DNA of 64,000 nucleotides from Minisyncoccota bacterium (GCA_041666045.1 JBAYHR010000001.1:187391-251390); one strand, 5' to 3'. Shown: positions 27,923-38,384, counted from the stretch's first letter. Numbers and translations: made by a program. The notes: generated by a model not told the origin, from the sequence alone.

Positions 27923-29023
27923 ATGAAGATACTTTCGATAGAAACATCCTGTGACGAAACTGGAATAAGTGTTTTAGAAATAAAGGGTGGGAAAAAGCCA
28001 GTTTTTGAAATTCTCGCTAATAGTTTAAATTCACAAATAAAAATCCATGCACCATTTGGTGGTGTATTCCCAATGCTCGCTAAACGAGAACACATTAAAA
28101 ATTTACCTATATTACTTGAGAGAACTTTAAAAAAGGCTAAGTTAAATAAACCTGATCCCATTAGAAGTAAAGACCCACTGCGAGCCCTCGCGACCTCTAA
28201 CGGGATAAATTTAATAGCTGTAACTTCTGGCCCGGGATTAGAACCAGCTCTTTGGACAGGTATAGTTTTCGCAAAAGAACTTTCTAAAAAATGGAACGTT
28301 CCAGTAATTCCAATAAATCATATGGAAGGACACATACTTTCTGTGTTTGGAAAAAATAAAGGTAAATTCCAAATTCCTAAAATAAACTTCCCTATTCTTT
28401 CCCTTCTTGTTTCTGGAGGACATACAGAACTTGTATTATCCAAAGACTGGATGAAATATAAAATAATCGGAGAGACATTGGACGACGCAGCTGGAGAAGC
28501 TTTTGACAAAGTTGCAAGAATGCTCGAACTTCCATATCCAGGTGGACCAGAGATATCTCGCTTGGCAGAGCAAGAGAGAAAAACAAAAAAAATACCAAAT
28601 TTTTCTCTTCCCCGCCCAATGATATATACTAAAAATTTTGATTTTTCTTTTTCAGGATTAAAAACTGCTGTACTTTATTTGATTAGAAAAATTGGAAAAC
28701 TAGACGATAAAATAAAAAAAGAAATTGCATGTGAATTTGAAAATGCAGTTGTTGAAACCTTAGTTCATAAAACAAAGAAAGCTATTGAAAAATATAATAT
28801 CAAAACTGTAATAGTGGCAGGTGGAGTATCTTCAAATAAACATTTACGAAAAGAAATAAAAAAAATGATTGGAAGTAATCAAACTTTAATTTTTCCAGAA
28901 AAAAATCTTTCTACTGATAATTCAATTATGATAGGAATAGTTGGATACTTTAAATTTTTAGCAAAAAATGGAAAAATTCCTAAATCACCTAAAATAAAAG
29001 CAGATGGAAATCTACGATTCTAA
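27923..29023 (+). CDS. tsaD: tRNA N6-adenosine threonylcarbamoyltransferase TsaD (Kae1/OSGEP family)
   Basis: MKILSIETSCDETGISVL N-terminus; HMEGH and SGGHTEL metal-binding motifs; GVSSN. Carries an in-frame palindromic-element insertion at 28156-28205. Confidence 0.9.
   Translation: MKILSIETSCDETGISVLEIKGGKKPVFEILANSLNSQIKIHAPFGGVFPMLAKREHIKNLPILLERTLKKAKLNKPDPIRSKDPLRALATSNGINLIAVTSGPGLEPALWTGIVFAKELSKKWNVPVIPINHMEGHILSVFGKNKGKFQIPKINFPILSLLVSGGHTELVLSKDWMKYKIIGETLDDAAGEAFDKVARMLELPYPGGPEISRLAEQERKTKKIPNFSLPRPMIYTKNFDFSFSGLKTAVLYLIRKIGKLDDKIKKEIACEFENAVVETLVHKTKKAIEKYNIKTVIVAGGVSSNKHLRKEIKKMIGSNQTLIFPEKNLSTDNSIMIGIVGYFKFLAKNGKIPKSPKIKADGNLRF
28156..28205. repeat. TIR-bounded palindromic element inserted in-frame in tsaD
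   Basis: tcccattagaag ... cactgcgagccctcgcgacc ... tctaacggga. GC-rich core with internal hairpin gcgag-cc-ctcgc. Encodes the extra TsaD loop PIRSKDPLRALATSNG. Confidence 0.65.
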
Positions 29024-29059
29024 GTAGAAAATACTTATATTATATGATATTATTTAAGT

Positions 29060-31246
29060 ATGGAAATTAATGAAAAGTTATTAAAACCATACGAACCACA
29101 AGAAACTGAAGAAAAGATTCTTAAACTTTGGGAAGAAAGTGGTTTTTTTAATCCTGATGTTTGTATAGAAAAAGGTATCACAAGTAAAGATGCAGAAGTT
29201 TTTTCAATGGTTTTACCACCTCCTAATGTTACCGGGAATCTACATACTGGCCATGCTTTAATGCTCATAATAGAAGACATTATGGTACGCCACGCTCGAA
29301 TGAAAGGACTTAAAACATTATGGCTCCCTGGCACAGATCATGCAGCCATAGCAACACAATCAAAAGTTCAGAAAATTTTAGAAAAAGAAGGAATAAAGAA
29401 AAGTGATCTTGGACGTGAAGAATTTTTAAAACGCGTAGAAAAATTCGCACAAGATTCTCACGACACGATAATAAATCAAGCAAAAAAAATGGGAGCTTCT
29501 CTTGACTGGTCACGCGAAGCTTTCACTTTAGATGAAAAAAGAAATCTCGCAGTTAAAACAGCATTTAAAAAAATGTACGATGAGGGATTGATTTATCGTG
29601 GAAATAGAATTGTAAATTGGGATCCAAAAGGACAAACTGTTATATCTGACGATGAAATCGTTTACGAAGAAAGAAAAGCAAAATTTTATACTTTCAAATA
29701 TTCAAAAGACTTCCCTATTTCAATATCTACAAGTCGCCCTGAAACAAAAATTGGTGATGTTGCAGTAGCTGTACATCCAGAAGATACTCGTTATAAAGAA
29801 TACGTTGGAAAAACTTATACAATAGAAGATTTTTGTGGAGTAAAATTAGAAATAAAAATCATTGCTGATAAAGAAGTTGATCAAGCTTTTGGTACAGGAG
29901 CGCTTGGCGTAACACCAGCACATTCTATGATTGACTGGGAAATGGCTGATAGACATGAATTACCTCGTCCACAAGTTATAAATGAATTTGCAAAAATGTC
30001 TGTAGGTGGAGAAAATTTACTTGGTAAAAAAACAATTGAAGCTAGAGAAATAATAGTTCTATGGTTAAAAAATGAAAATTTATTAGAAAAAGAAGAAGAA
30101 ATAAACCAAAACGTTTCAACAGCTGAAAGAACTGGAGCTGTAATTGAACCATTACCAAAACTCCAGTGGTTTATTAATGTAAATAAAAAAATTCCAAACC
30201 GTGAAAATAAAAGTCTTAAAGAATTAATGCTTGAACCTGTGCGAGATGGAAAAATAAAAATACTGCCAAATCATTTTGAAAAAGTATATTTTAATTGGAT
30301 TGAAAACTTGCGTGATTGGTGTATTTCTCGCCAAATATGGTATGGACATAGAATTCCTGTATGGTACCGTAAAAACGAGATATATTGCAATATAGAAGCT
30401 CCTAAGGGAGAAGATTGGGAACAAGATGAAGATACATTAGATACTTGGTTCTCTTCTGGACTTTGGACTTTTTCAACTCTCGGTTGGCCAGAAAAGACAG
30501 AGGATCTAAAAAATTATCACCCAACAACAATGTTAGAAACTGGGCATGACATTCTCTTCTTCTGGATTGCTCGTATGATTCTAATGTCACAATATTTATT
30601 AGGAGAAATACCTTTCAAAAATGTCTATCTACATGGAATGATACGTACTGCTGATGGTAAAAAAATGACAAAATCACTTGGCGAAAAAGCGATAGATCCA
30701 CTAGATATTATTTCTAAATATGGAAATGACGCTCTACGTCTAGCTATGATCATAGGAAATACTCCTGGTAATGATTTAAAATTAAACGAAAATGATATTC
30801 GTGGTTATGCGAAATTTTCAAATAAAATATGGAATGCCTCACGATTCGTTTTAGAAAAAATAAATGACCTAGATATTAAAAATTTACCTTCTCTTGATGA
30901 AGAAGACGGTATTTCACAAAAAGAATTAGAAGATTTATTAAAAGAAATTTCAAAAGAAATGAACGAATTTAGATTTTCTCTTGTCGCGGAAAAACTATAT
31001 CATTATTTTTGGCATACTTTTGCAGACATAATCATTGAACGTTCAAAGAAAAAAATAATGGAAAACAATAATTCAGATTCAGCAAAAGCTCTATTGTATA
31101 TACAACTAAAATCATTGCTAAAATCATTGCATCCATTTATTCCATTCATCACAGAAGAAGTTTGGTCTATGTTCCCAACTGAAAATAAAAAATTATTAAT
31201 GGTTGAGAAATGGCCCTTCGACTTAGCTCAGGATAAACCTATTTAA
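29060..31246 (+). CDS. valS: Valyl-tRNA synthetase (short form lacking the C-terminal coiled-coil)
   Basis: PPPNVTGNLHTGHA (HIGH) and KMTKSLGE (KMSKS) motifs; 728 aa. Confidence 0.9.
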   Translation: MEINEKLLKPYEPQETEEKILKLWEESGFFNPDVCIEKGITSKDAEVFSMVLPPPNVTGNLHTGHALMLIIEDIMVRHARMKGLKTLWLPGTDHAAIATQSKVQKILEKEGIKKSDLGREEFLKRVEKFAQDSHDTIINQAKKMGASLDWSREAFTLDEKRNLAVKTAFKKMYDEGLIYRGNRIVNWDPKGQTVISDDEIVYEERKAKFYTFKYSKDFPISISTSRPETKIGDVAVAVHPEDTRYKEYVGKTYTIEDFCGVKLEIKIIADKEVDQAFGTGALGVTPAHSMIDWEMADRHELPRPQVINEFAKMSVGGENLLGKKTIEAREIIVLWLKNENLLEKEEEINQNVSTAERTGAVIEPLPKLQWFINVNKKIPNRENKSLKELMLEPVRDGKIKILPNHFEKVYFNWIENLRDWCISRQIWYGHRIPVWYRKNEIYCNIEAPKGEDWEQDEDTLDTWFSSGLWTFSTLGWPEKTEDLKNYHPTTMLETGHDILFFWIARMILMSQYLLGEIPFKNVYLHGMIRTADGKKMTKSLGEKAIDPLDIISKYGNDALRLAMIIGNTPGNDLKLNENDIRGYAKFSNKIWNASRFVLEKINDLDIKNLPSLDEEDGISQKELEDLLKEISKEMNEFRFSLVAEKLYHYFWHTFADIIIERSKKKIMENNNSDSAKALLYIQLKSLLKSLHPFIPFITEEVWSMFPTENKKLLMVEKWPFDLAQDKPI

Positions 31247-31249
31247 AAA

Positions 31250-31954
31250 ATGACTACTGATCCAAAAATTTTATTTATTGCGCTTTTTGGTGGAATTGTA
31301 CCAGCTTTGTTTTGGCTTTGGTTTTGGCTTAAAGAAAATCAAGAAAAACCTGAACCGAAGGGACTTTTAACTATTTGTTTTATTATAGGTATGATATCGG
31401 TCATATTTGTATTACCTATTCAAAAATTTATACAAACAAATGTAGATTCACACCAACTACAAATAATAAGTTGGGCAAGTGTTGAGGAACTAATGAAATA
31501 TCTTGTAGCTATGCTTATTTTATACAAAACAACACATATTAGGGAACCTATAGATTGGCCTATTTTATTAATAACAGTAGCATTAGGCTTTGCAGCGCTT
31601 GAAAATTCACTATTCCTTATAAAACCTTTAACTTTAAATCAAGCCACAGTCGGACTTCTTACAGGACAACTAAGATTTCTTGGATCTACTCTTTTACACG
31701 CTGTTTCAAGCGGAATTGTAGGTATTGCATTAGGACTTTCTTTTAATATGAATCTAACCGTAAAAAAAATATACCTTTTAGTTGGACTTATTCTAGCAAT
31801 ATCCTTGCATAGTGTCTTTAATTTTTTTATAATGGATAATAGTGGAAGCAATTTTTTGAGAGTGTTTGCTTTCTTGTGGGTCGTCACAATTATTATTATG
31901 TTACTTTTTGAAAAGATAAGAAGAATGAATAAAAAAGTTAACATCGTTTATTAA
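31250..31954 (+). CDS. PrsW-family intramembrane metalloprotease-like protein
   Basis: Multi-TM protein with EELMKYL (EExxK), FAALEN and LHAVSSG motifs. Confidence 0.55.
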   Translation: MTTDPKILFIALFGGIVPALFWLWFWLKENQEKPEPKGLLTICFIIGMISVIFVLPIQKFIQTNVDSHQLQIISWASVEELMKYLVAMLILYKTTHIREPIDWPILLITVALGFAALENSLFLIKPLTLNQATVGLLTGQLRFLGSTLLHAVSSGIVGIALGLSFNMNLTVKKIYLLVGLILAISLHSVFNFFIMDNSGSNFLRVFAFLWVVTIIIMLLFEKIRRMNKKVNIVY

Positions 31955-31967
31955 AAATAAATATTTT

Positions 31968-32429
31968 ATGCAAAATAAAAAAAGAAGTTTTTTTGAAAAA
32001 TTAACTGGAAGCATTCGTGCTGAAGAAAATAATGAAGAATTTAAAAAAATATCCGTAAAAGAGGACAAGTCTAATGACTGGATGGAGGAAGAAAATCAAG
32101 AAGCAGAATTAACTGTTGACGTATATCAAACACCAACAGAGATAATAATACAAACGATGGTAGCAGGCGTAAAACCGGAAGATATAGAGCTAACTATTGC
32201 GCGAGATATGATAACTATTCGTGGCAAGCGTGAAGAAAGCAGAAAAGTAGAAGAAGATAATTATTTCAGCAAGGAACTTTATTGGGGAGCGTTTTCACGT
32301 ACAATTCTTCTTCCCCAAGAAATAGAACCTGAAGAATCTGAAGCTACAGAAAAACATGGACTGCTAACTATTAAACTTGAAAAAATAGACAAAGAAAAAA
32401 AGACTAGCGTAAAAATAAAATCTATTTAA
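31968..32429 (+). CDS. Hsp20/alpha-crystallin small heat-shock protein
   Basis: Alpha-crystallin domain (AELTVDVYQT...IRGKRE...G-F-R---LP...G-LTI-L); 153 aa. Confidence 0.8.
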   Translation: MQNKKRSFFEKLTGSIRAEENNEEFKKISVKEDKSNDWMEEENQEAELTVDVYQTPTEIIIQTMVAGVKPEDIELTIARDMITIRGKREESRKVEEDNYFSKELYWGAFSRTILLPQEIEPEESEATEKHGLLTIKLEKIDKEKKTSVKIKSI

Positions 32430-32442
32430 ATAAAATAAAAAA

Positions 32443-32468
32443 AACACCAGCGATGGTGTTTTTTTTAT
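32443..32468 (+). terminator. Intrinsic terminator after hsp20
   Basis: aacacca-gcga-tggtgtt followed by tttttttt. Confidence 0.6.
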
Positions 32469-32573
32469 GTGCCAAGAAATTTTTAATTTCTAAAATTGAC
32501 AAATATATAACATTATTATAATATTTATTAATAATTAACGTAGCTCTTTGAAAACAAATAAAAACAAATAATT

Positions 32574-33131
32574 ATGGAAGAAACTAAAAAATTTTTAGAC
32601 ATTCTGTTAAACCAGGAAGTTCAATTTGAATTACACTCTGAAAATTTCCGCTTAATCCCTGAAATTGGAACAGCCGGCAAAGAAAAACTTAAAAAGATTC
32701 TTAAAGATCTTGCTTGGAGACATATGAAAAATGACGACCATGACATGGCTTATCATATATCTCAGATTATTGGCATACGGACCTTAGACATTATGTTGGA
32801 AGTCGGTCTTATTGATGTATTCATAAGGTTGGAAAAAGAAAAGATTGATAGTATTATCAAAGCTATGGGGTTTAGTAAAGAAGGTCTGTCTAAGGATATT
32901 CAGGACGCCCTAATAATAGGAGCAGGTAAAGCTATACTGGACGACTATAGTTTTAGTCAACTGAAAGGCTTTAAACACATCCTCAGAATCCCAATATGGG
33001 AAAGCCAAGAAATTATTGATACTATCAAAAAATTACCTATTGGACATTGCAATCCAAAATGGCGTTCCAAAGAATTTCCTAAATTAATTAGATTTCTAAA
33101 AAATTCAGCATTGGTGGAAAAAAATAAATAA
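32574..33131 (+). CDS. Hypothetical protein
   Basis: 185-aa ORF; no motif recognised. Confidence 0.4.
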   Translation: MEETKKFLDILLNQEVQFELHSENFRLIPEIGTAGKEKLKKILKDLAWRHMKNDDHDMAYHISQIIGIRTLDIMLEVGLIDVFIRLEKEKIDSIIKAMGFSKEGLSKDIQDALIIGAGKAILDDYSFSQLKGFKHILRIPIWESQEIIDTIKKLPIGHCNPKWRSKEFPKLIRFLKNSALVEKNK

Positions 33132-33150
33132 CCAACAACAACAACAAAAA

Positions 33151-33177
33151 AGATGAGCATAAGCTCATCTTTTTTTA
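33151..33177 (+). terminator. Intrinsic terminator
   Basis: agatgagc-ataa-gctcatct followed by ttttttt. Confidence 0.65.
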
Positions 33178-33249
33178 TTAACAATTTTTTAAAAAATATA
33201 TTATATAACCGCACATAAAACAAAAAACTCCCGTAAGGGTGTTTTTTGT

Positions 33250-34119
33250 TTATCCTAATGGAACAACATTAGAAATATATTTTTGTTCTGGATATTCTTT
33301 TCTTAATTTTTCAATATCCCCATCTTCCATTTTCCAATCTACTGCATTTAAATTTTCTTTTAAATGCTCAATGGATCTTGTTTTTGATAAAGTTAAAACA
33401 TACGGTTGAGATATAAGCCAATTAATAGCAATTTGAGCTGGGGTTTTCTTATATTTATTACACATTTCCTTAATAATAACTGGAACATCGTCAAGTAAGT
33501 TTCCTTTACCAATAGGCCTCCAAGCAACTAAAAATATATTGTTCTTTTGACAATATTCTAATAAACCACTATTTTCTGGTTCACGAAATTCTAGATTATA
33601 ATGGACTTGATCACAAACAATTTTATTTTTTGTATAAGATTGAGCTTCTTTTAAATGTTCTTTCCCGAAATTAGCTACTCCTATATTTTTTATAAGACCT
33701 TGTTCTAATAAATCATCCAATGCTTTCATTGTTTGTTTTAAATCAAAATTAGAATTATATCTATGTAATAAAAACAAATCTAAATATGAAATTTGTAATC
33801 TTTCTAAACTTTTTTTACAAGATTCAATAATCTTTTCATAAGCCATATTATCTGCATGAACTTTTGAAACAATAAAAAATTTAGAGCGATCAAAATCCTT
33901 AATTGCTTTACCAATTAAAATTTCTGAATATCCATTTGCGTAACTTTCTGCTGTGTCTATGTGAGTAATTCCTAAATTAATAGCAGACTTAATCGCTAAA
34001 ATATCAGCTTCGTCGTCATTAGAAAGATCATGTTCACCTCCTCCACCCATTTGCCATGTCCCTAATCCAAATACTGGCATTTCAAAACCTGTTTCTAATT
34101 TTTTAATTGGAATCGACAT
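33250..34119 (-). CDS. Aldo/keto reductase
   Basis: MPVFGLGTWQMGG N-terminus, IDTAESYANG, and the AKR catalytic tetrad context; 289 aa. Confidence 0.85.
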   Translation of the reverse strand: MSIPIKKLETGFEMPVFGLGTWQMGGGGEHDLSNDDEADILAIKSAINLGITHIDTAESYANGYSEILIGKAIKDFDRSKFFIVSKVHADNMAYEKIIESCKKSLERLQISYLDLFLLHRYNSNFDLKQTMKALDDLLEQGLIKNIGVANFGKEHLKEAQSYTKNKIVCDQVHYNLEFREPENSGLLEYCQKNNIFLVAWRPIGKGNLLDDVPVIIKEMCNKYKKTPAQIAINWLISQPYVLTLSKTRSIEHLKENLNAVDWKMEDGDIEKLRKEYPEQKYISNVVPLG

Positions 34120-34138
34120 AGATATTTATTTTTTTATG

Positions 34139-34211
34139 TGCCGAGGACCAGAGTTGAACTGGTGACATCTCCCTCTTCAGGGGAGCGCTCTACCAACTGA
34201 GCTACCTCGGC
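34139..34211 (-). tRNA. tRNA-Phe (anticodon GAA)
   Basis: RC reads gccgagg-ta-gctcagttggtagagc-g-ctccc-ctGAAga-gggag-atgtc-accag-ttcaact-ctggt-cctcggc-a. Confidence 0.85.
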
Positions 34212-34217
34212 ATTATT

Positions 34218-34475
34218 TTAAAAAGGAAGTTTATTCCCTAATGTTTTTATTTGATTTAAACTCGCTCCTGAATCCTTAATAAAAGTTTGTATATTTTCTA
34301 CATAAGGCTGAAGGAAATAAAAGGAACCTACACCAATACCAATAATAATCATCCAATACATAAAACGCAAAAAAGATGTAACCTTTTGTGAACGTCTGAT
34401 ATGCCTAAGCATTTTATTATTTTGATCAGCAAGTTCATATGTATCTCGTAACAATTGTTTTGATTCAGGATCCAT
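34218..34475 (-). CDS. Hypothetical small membrane protein
   Basis: 85 aa with one TM segment. Confidence 0.35.
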   Translation of the reverse strand: MDPESKQLLRDTYELADQNNKMLRHIRRSQKVTSFLRFMYWMIIIGIGVGSFYFLQPYVENIQTFIKDSGASLNQIKTLGNKLPF

Positions 34476-34619
34476 CCCATTAAAAATTTTAACTAATAAT
34501 ATTTAATCTTTAAACAAAGTCCCATGAATTTTTAACGGGACAGGTAGGAGTATTTTAGCATAGACAAATAAAAAAGCCAATTTTAAAAATTAGCTTTTTT
34601 ATGTTAGATTATTGATATT

Positions 34620-34691
34620 GCTCTCGTAGTTAAATGGATATAACAACTCCGTCCTAAGGAGTAATTGTAGGTTCGATTCCTGCCGAGAGCA
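34620..34691 (+). tRNA. tRNA-Arg (anticodon CCT)
   Basis: gctctcg-ta-gttaaatggatataac-a-actcc-gtCCTaa-ggagt-aattg-taggttcgattcctgc-cgagagc-a. Confidence 0.85.
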
Positions 34692-34700
34692 CTATATAAA

Positions 34701-34934
34701 TTAAATAAGTCCCAATTTTCTTGCTACTTCAGTTTTATTGAATCCTACTGCCCAATCCCCGTCTATCACTATCACAGGCACACCCATTTGTCCTGTTAGT
34801 GTAACCATTTCTTTTCTTTTTTCTAAATCACTTGCCACATCATACTCTGTATAAGTAATTTTATTATCATTAAAGAAATCTTTTGCCATGTGACAAAAAT
34901 GACATGTTGGTGTTGAATAAATTTCTACTTTTTT
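34701..34934 (-). CDS. Glutaredoxin-like protein (NrdH/Grx family)
   Basis: MKKVEIYSTPTCHFCHMAKDFF with the CxxC redox motif; GVPVIVIDG. Confidence 0.65.
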   Translation of the reverse strand, partial: KKVEIYSTPTCHFCHMAKDFFNDNKITYTEYDVASDLEKRKEMVTLTGQMGVPVIVIDGDWAVGFNKTEVARKLGLI

Positions 34935-35024
34935 CATAAAATTTTGATTCTGCGGAATCATGTCGCGTAAGTCAAATTAACGCGACACATTAATTATTAA
35001 TAATGCTTCTATTTTACCATATTG

Positions 35025-35095
35025 TGCGGGATACGAGAATCGAACTCGTGTCTCAACCTTGGGAAGGTCGCATGCTACCACTATACCAATCCCGC
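35025..35095 (-). tRNA. tRNA-Gly (anticodon CCC)
   Basis: RC reads gcgggat-tg-gtatagtggtagcat-g-cgacc-ttCCCaa-ggttg-agac-acgag-ttcgatt-ctcgt-atcccgc-a. Confidence 0.85.
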
Positions 35096-35099
35096 AAAT

Positions 35100-35897
35100 T
35101 TAAAGCGGATTTATTTTAAAATCTTTAATATGTTTTTCAGCTTCTAAAATTCCTTTTTCCATTATTTCAACAGCTTCTAATGGATGCTTGCCAGTAGCGC
35201 TTTCTTCAGACAACATAACTGCATCAGCTCCATTTAATATTGCATAAGCAATATCAGTAATTTCAGCACGAGTAGGTAAAATATTTTCAGTCATTGAAAG
35301 CATCATCTGCGTTGCCACAATTACCGGCTTCCCTGCTTTTTTACATTTTTCAATTATATCCTTTTCAATAAAAGGAATTTGTTCAAGTGGAATTTCATTT
35401 CCTAAATCACCTCTTGCAACCATAATTGCATCTGATACTTTTATAATTTCATCTAAATTATCTAATGCTACCTTTCTTTCAATTTTAGCAATAATTGGAA
35501 TAATTTTTCCAAATTCTTGCATTTTTTCTCTTAGTTTCAAAATGTCATTTGCGTTACCAACATAAGACATAGCGACATAATCAACACCTTGTTCAATCCC
35601 AAATTTTAAATCAGCTAAATCTTTTTCAGTTATTATTTCTACTGCGCCTTCTTTAAATTCATGACCAGTTTTTTCTTGAACTCTAGGACCAGAAAGGTCT
35701 TGAATTATAGGAATAACTCTTCCTGCTTCTTTTGCACAGTCTCTAATATTTTTAATATATTCAGCGTGTTCCTCGTGAGTTCCCCAAGAAAAATTTAAAC
35801 GAACCGCATCCATTTGATGCGCAATCATTTCTTTAATCATTTCTTTACTTTTTGTCGCTGGCCCAATGGTCGCCACAATTTGTGCTTTACTTGACAT
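35100..35897 (-). CDS. pyk: Pyruvate kinase, domain-minimal form (barrel domain only)
   Basis: [10 protein letters not shown]-terminus, MVARGDLG and [16 protein letters not shown] motifs. Only 265 aa, so the B cap and C-terminal regulatory domain are missing. Confidence 0.75.
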   Translation of the reverse strand: MSSKAQIVATIGPATKSKEMIKEMIAHQMDAVRLNFSWGTHEEHAEYIKNIRDCAKEAGRVIPIIQDLSGPRVQEKTGHEFKEGAVEIITEKDLADLKFGIEQGVDYVAMSYVGNANDILKLREKMQEFGKIIPIIAKIERKVALDNLDEIIKVSDAIMVARGDLGNEIPLEQIPFIEKDIIEKCKKAGKPVIVATQMMLSMTENILPTRAEITDIAYAILNGADAVMLSEESATGKHPLEAVEIMEKGILEAEKHIKDFKINPL

Positions 35898-35901
35898 TTT
35901 T

Positions 35902-37164
35902 TTATTTTAAATTGGTTATTAATTTTAATCTATCATATTTCACTTTTCTTTCGGGTTTTTCTGGAGCACCAGCTTTTAAACCAAAACAGCCAAATGCATA
36001 AGCTAAATCGGCTATAAAATCATCATCAGTTTCCCCACTTCTATGGCTTACAATCATTTCTATATTATTTTTTCTAGCCAATTGCATAGTTTCCAAAGTT
36101 TCAGACAATGTGCCAATTTGATTTGGTTTTATAATCATTGCATTTATACTTCCCTTTTCTATGGCTTGTTTTAAAAGAATTTTATTTGTTACAGTTAAAT
36201 CATCTCCAACTACTATTAATTTATCATTAAAATCTCTCAGTTCTTTAAAACCTTCAAAATCTTCTTCATCAAAAGGATCTTCAATGGAAAACAAACTAAA
36301 CTCCTTAATTAAAGAATTATAAATATTCATTAATTCTTCTTTAGAAATATTTTTTCCATCCACACTATAAAATCCTTTATCAACATTATAAAAAGAAGAA
36401 GAAGCAACATCTAAAGCCAAATGAACTTTTCCTAAAAGATAATTCTGTCTTATTGATTCAGTTAAATATATAAGAGGTTTTTTAATATCACTTATTTTTG
36501 GCGCAAAACCTCCTTCATCACCTAAAACAATAGACTCTCCTCCTAAATCTTTATTTATAATTTCTCTCAAAGTATTTTGAATTTTTATTCCAATTTCAAT
36601 TGCTTCTGACACATCCTCTGTATCTGGCACAACATGATATTCTTGAAAAGCTAAATCATTTATCGCTTGTCCTGAACCTGTCGAATGGACATGCTTCCCA
36701 CCGTTTATTAAATTCATATAAAGATAAGGAACTTTTCGTGAAGGTCGGAGCTTCGCAAGAGTTTGCAAATATTCAAAAACTTCTTTTCCAGAAACTTTTG
36801 CTGCAACCTTAGCACAAGCTATACTAACTCCAATCATAGAATTACCCCCTAAATTATCTTTATTTGGTGTACCATCCAAGTCAATCATAATTTTGTCTAT
36901 TTCTTTTTGATTTAAAATATCTTTGCCGATTAAAACTGGAGCAATAACAGTATTAACCTTTTTAATTGCATTTTTAACACCTTTTCCATCCTCATCTCTT
37001 AATTCGTGAGCTTCATGCGCTCCAGTGCTTGCCCCAGATGGCACAGAAAAACTATCAGAAATATCCCCAACAAAAACACTAACTTTTAATGTTGGATTTC
37101 CTCGTGAATCTTTTATTTCTTCAGCTTTTACATCACTAATTTTATAAATTTTTTCTTTTACCAT
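35902..37164 (-). CDS. eno: Enolase
   Basis: [22 protein letters not shown] and SHRSGETDD motifs; 420 aa. Confidence 0.95.
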   Translation of the reverse strand: MVKEKIYKISDVKAEEIKDSRGNPTLKVSVFVGDISDSFSVPSGASTGAHEAHELRDEDGKGVKNAIKKVNTVIAPVLIGKDILNQKEIDKIMIDLDGTPNKDNLGGNSMIGVSIACAKVAAKVSGKEVFEYLQTLAKLRPSRKVPYLYMNLINGGKHVHSTGSGQAINDLAFQEYHVVPDTEDVSEAIEIGIKIQNTLREIINKDLGGESIVLGDEGGFAPKISDIKKPLIYLTESIRQNYLLGKVHLALDVASSSFYNVDKGFYSVDGKNISKEELMNIYNSLIKEFSLFSIEDPFDEEDFEGFKELRDFNDKLIVVGDDLTVTNKILLKQAIEKGSINAMIIKPNQIGTLSETLETMQLARKNNIEMIVSHRSGETDDDFIADLAYAFGCFGLKAGAPEKPERKVKYDRLKLITNLK

Positions 37165-37203
37165 AACCTTTTAATTTTAGCATATTTTTGATAGTATTAA
37201 AAT

Positions 37204-38343
37204 ATGTTTGATAAATTAATTAAAATAAGAAACTGGATAATAAAAGTGATATATAAATATGTGCTAAAGCCCATATTTTTTAAATTTGACCCAGAAGATG
37301 TTCATGATCATATGACATCTGCAGGTGTTTTTCTTGGTAAATATACCTTAACAAAAAAATTAACTAAATTATTTTTTAAATATTCTAATCCAGCTTTGGA
37401 ACAAAAAATTCTTGGTATAAATTTTAAAAATCCAATAGGTCTTTCTGCGGGTTTCGACAAAAATGCAGAATTAACAGACATTTTACCAGAAGTTGGTTTT
37501 GGTTTTGAAGAAGTTGGTTCTATAACTGGTGAATACTGCTCTGGTAATCCAAGACCAAGACTTTGGAGATTAAAAAAATCTAAATCATTAGCAGTTTATT
37601 ATGGATTAAAAAATGATGGATGTGAAACTATTTCAAAAAGATTACAAAATAAGACCCGTTCGGCTAGCTCAGGGCAAGCTTTTAATATACCAATAGGTAT
37701 AAGTATTGCAAAAACCAATTGTAAAGAAACAGTTGATACTAATAAAGCTATCGAAGATTATTTCAAGGCTTATATAACTTTCCAAAATATTGGTGACTAT
37801 ATAACAATAAATATAAGTTGCCCGAACGCTTTTGGAGGTCAGCCTTTTACCGACAGCAAAAAACTTGAAGCTTTAATGGAAAAAATTATGTCAGTTCCAA
37901 AAACAAAACCGATTTTTATTAAAGTGTCCCCTGATTTAAATAAACAAGAAATCGATGAAGTAATTAATGTTGCAGAAAAATTTAAAATAGATGGTTTTAT
38001 TTGCACCAATTTAACAAAAAATCGTAATAATAAAAATATTAAAGATAAAAATATTCCAGAAGTTGGCGGATTAAGCGGAAAGGTTGTAGACAGTATGTCT
38101 GATGATTTAATCAAATATGTTTATAAAAAAACAAATGGCAAATTTGTAATTATAGGTGTCGGCGGAGTATTTTCTGCAGAAGATGCTTATAGAAAAATAA
38201 AAGCGGGAGCTTCACTCATACAACTCATCACAGGAATGATTTTTGAAGGACCTCAATTAATAAGTGAAATAAACTTAGGCTTAGTAAAACTCCTAAAAGC
38301 TGATAGTTATAAAAATATCTCTGAAGCTATAGGAAAAGAATAA
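37204..38343 (+). CDS. pyrD: Dihydroorotate dehydrogenase (quinone-type, class 2-like)
   Basis: EVGFGFEEVGSITGE, ISCPNAFGGQ and VGGLSGKVV motifs. Confidence 0.75.
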   Translation: MFDKLIKIRNWIIKVIYKYVLKPIFFKFDPEDVHDHMTSAGVFLGKYTLTKKLTKLFFKYSNPALEQKILGINFKNPIGLSAGFDKNAELTDILPEVGFGFEEVGSITGEYCSGNPRPRLWRLKKSKSLAVYYGLKNDGCETISKRLQNKTRSASSGQAFNIPIGISIAKTNCKETVDTNKAIEDYFKAYITFQNIGDYITINISCPNAFGGQPFTDSKKLEALMEKIMSVPKTKPIFIKVSPDLNKQEIDEVINVAEKFKIDGFICTNLTKNRNNKNIKDKNIPEVGGLSGKVVDSMSDDLIKYVYKKTNGKFVIIGVGGVFSAEDAYRKIKAGASLIQLITGMIFEGPQLISEINLGLVKLLKADSYKNISEAIGKE

Positions 38344-38384
38344 CAGTCGCACAACCTCCTTTGGGACATAGGTTATACAAGAGT

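Noticed and set aside
33222-33249. Hairpin ctccc-gtaa-gggtg with flanking A- and T-runs as a bidirectional terminator between convergent genes
   Set aside because: The stem is only 4 of 5 bp. It is plausible but too weak to list as a feature with confidence.
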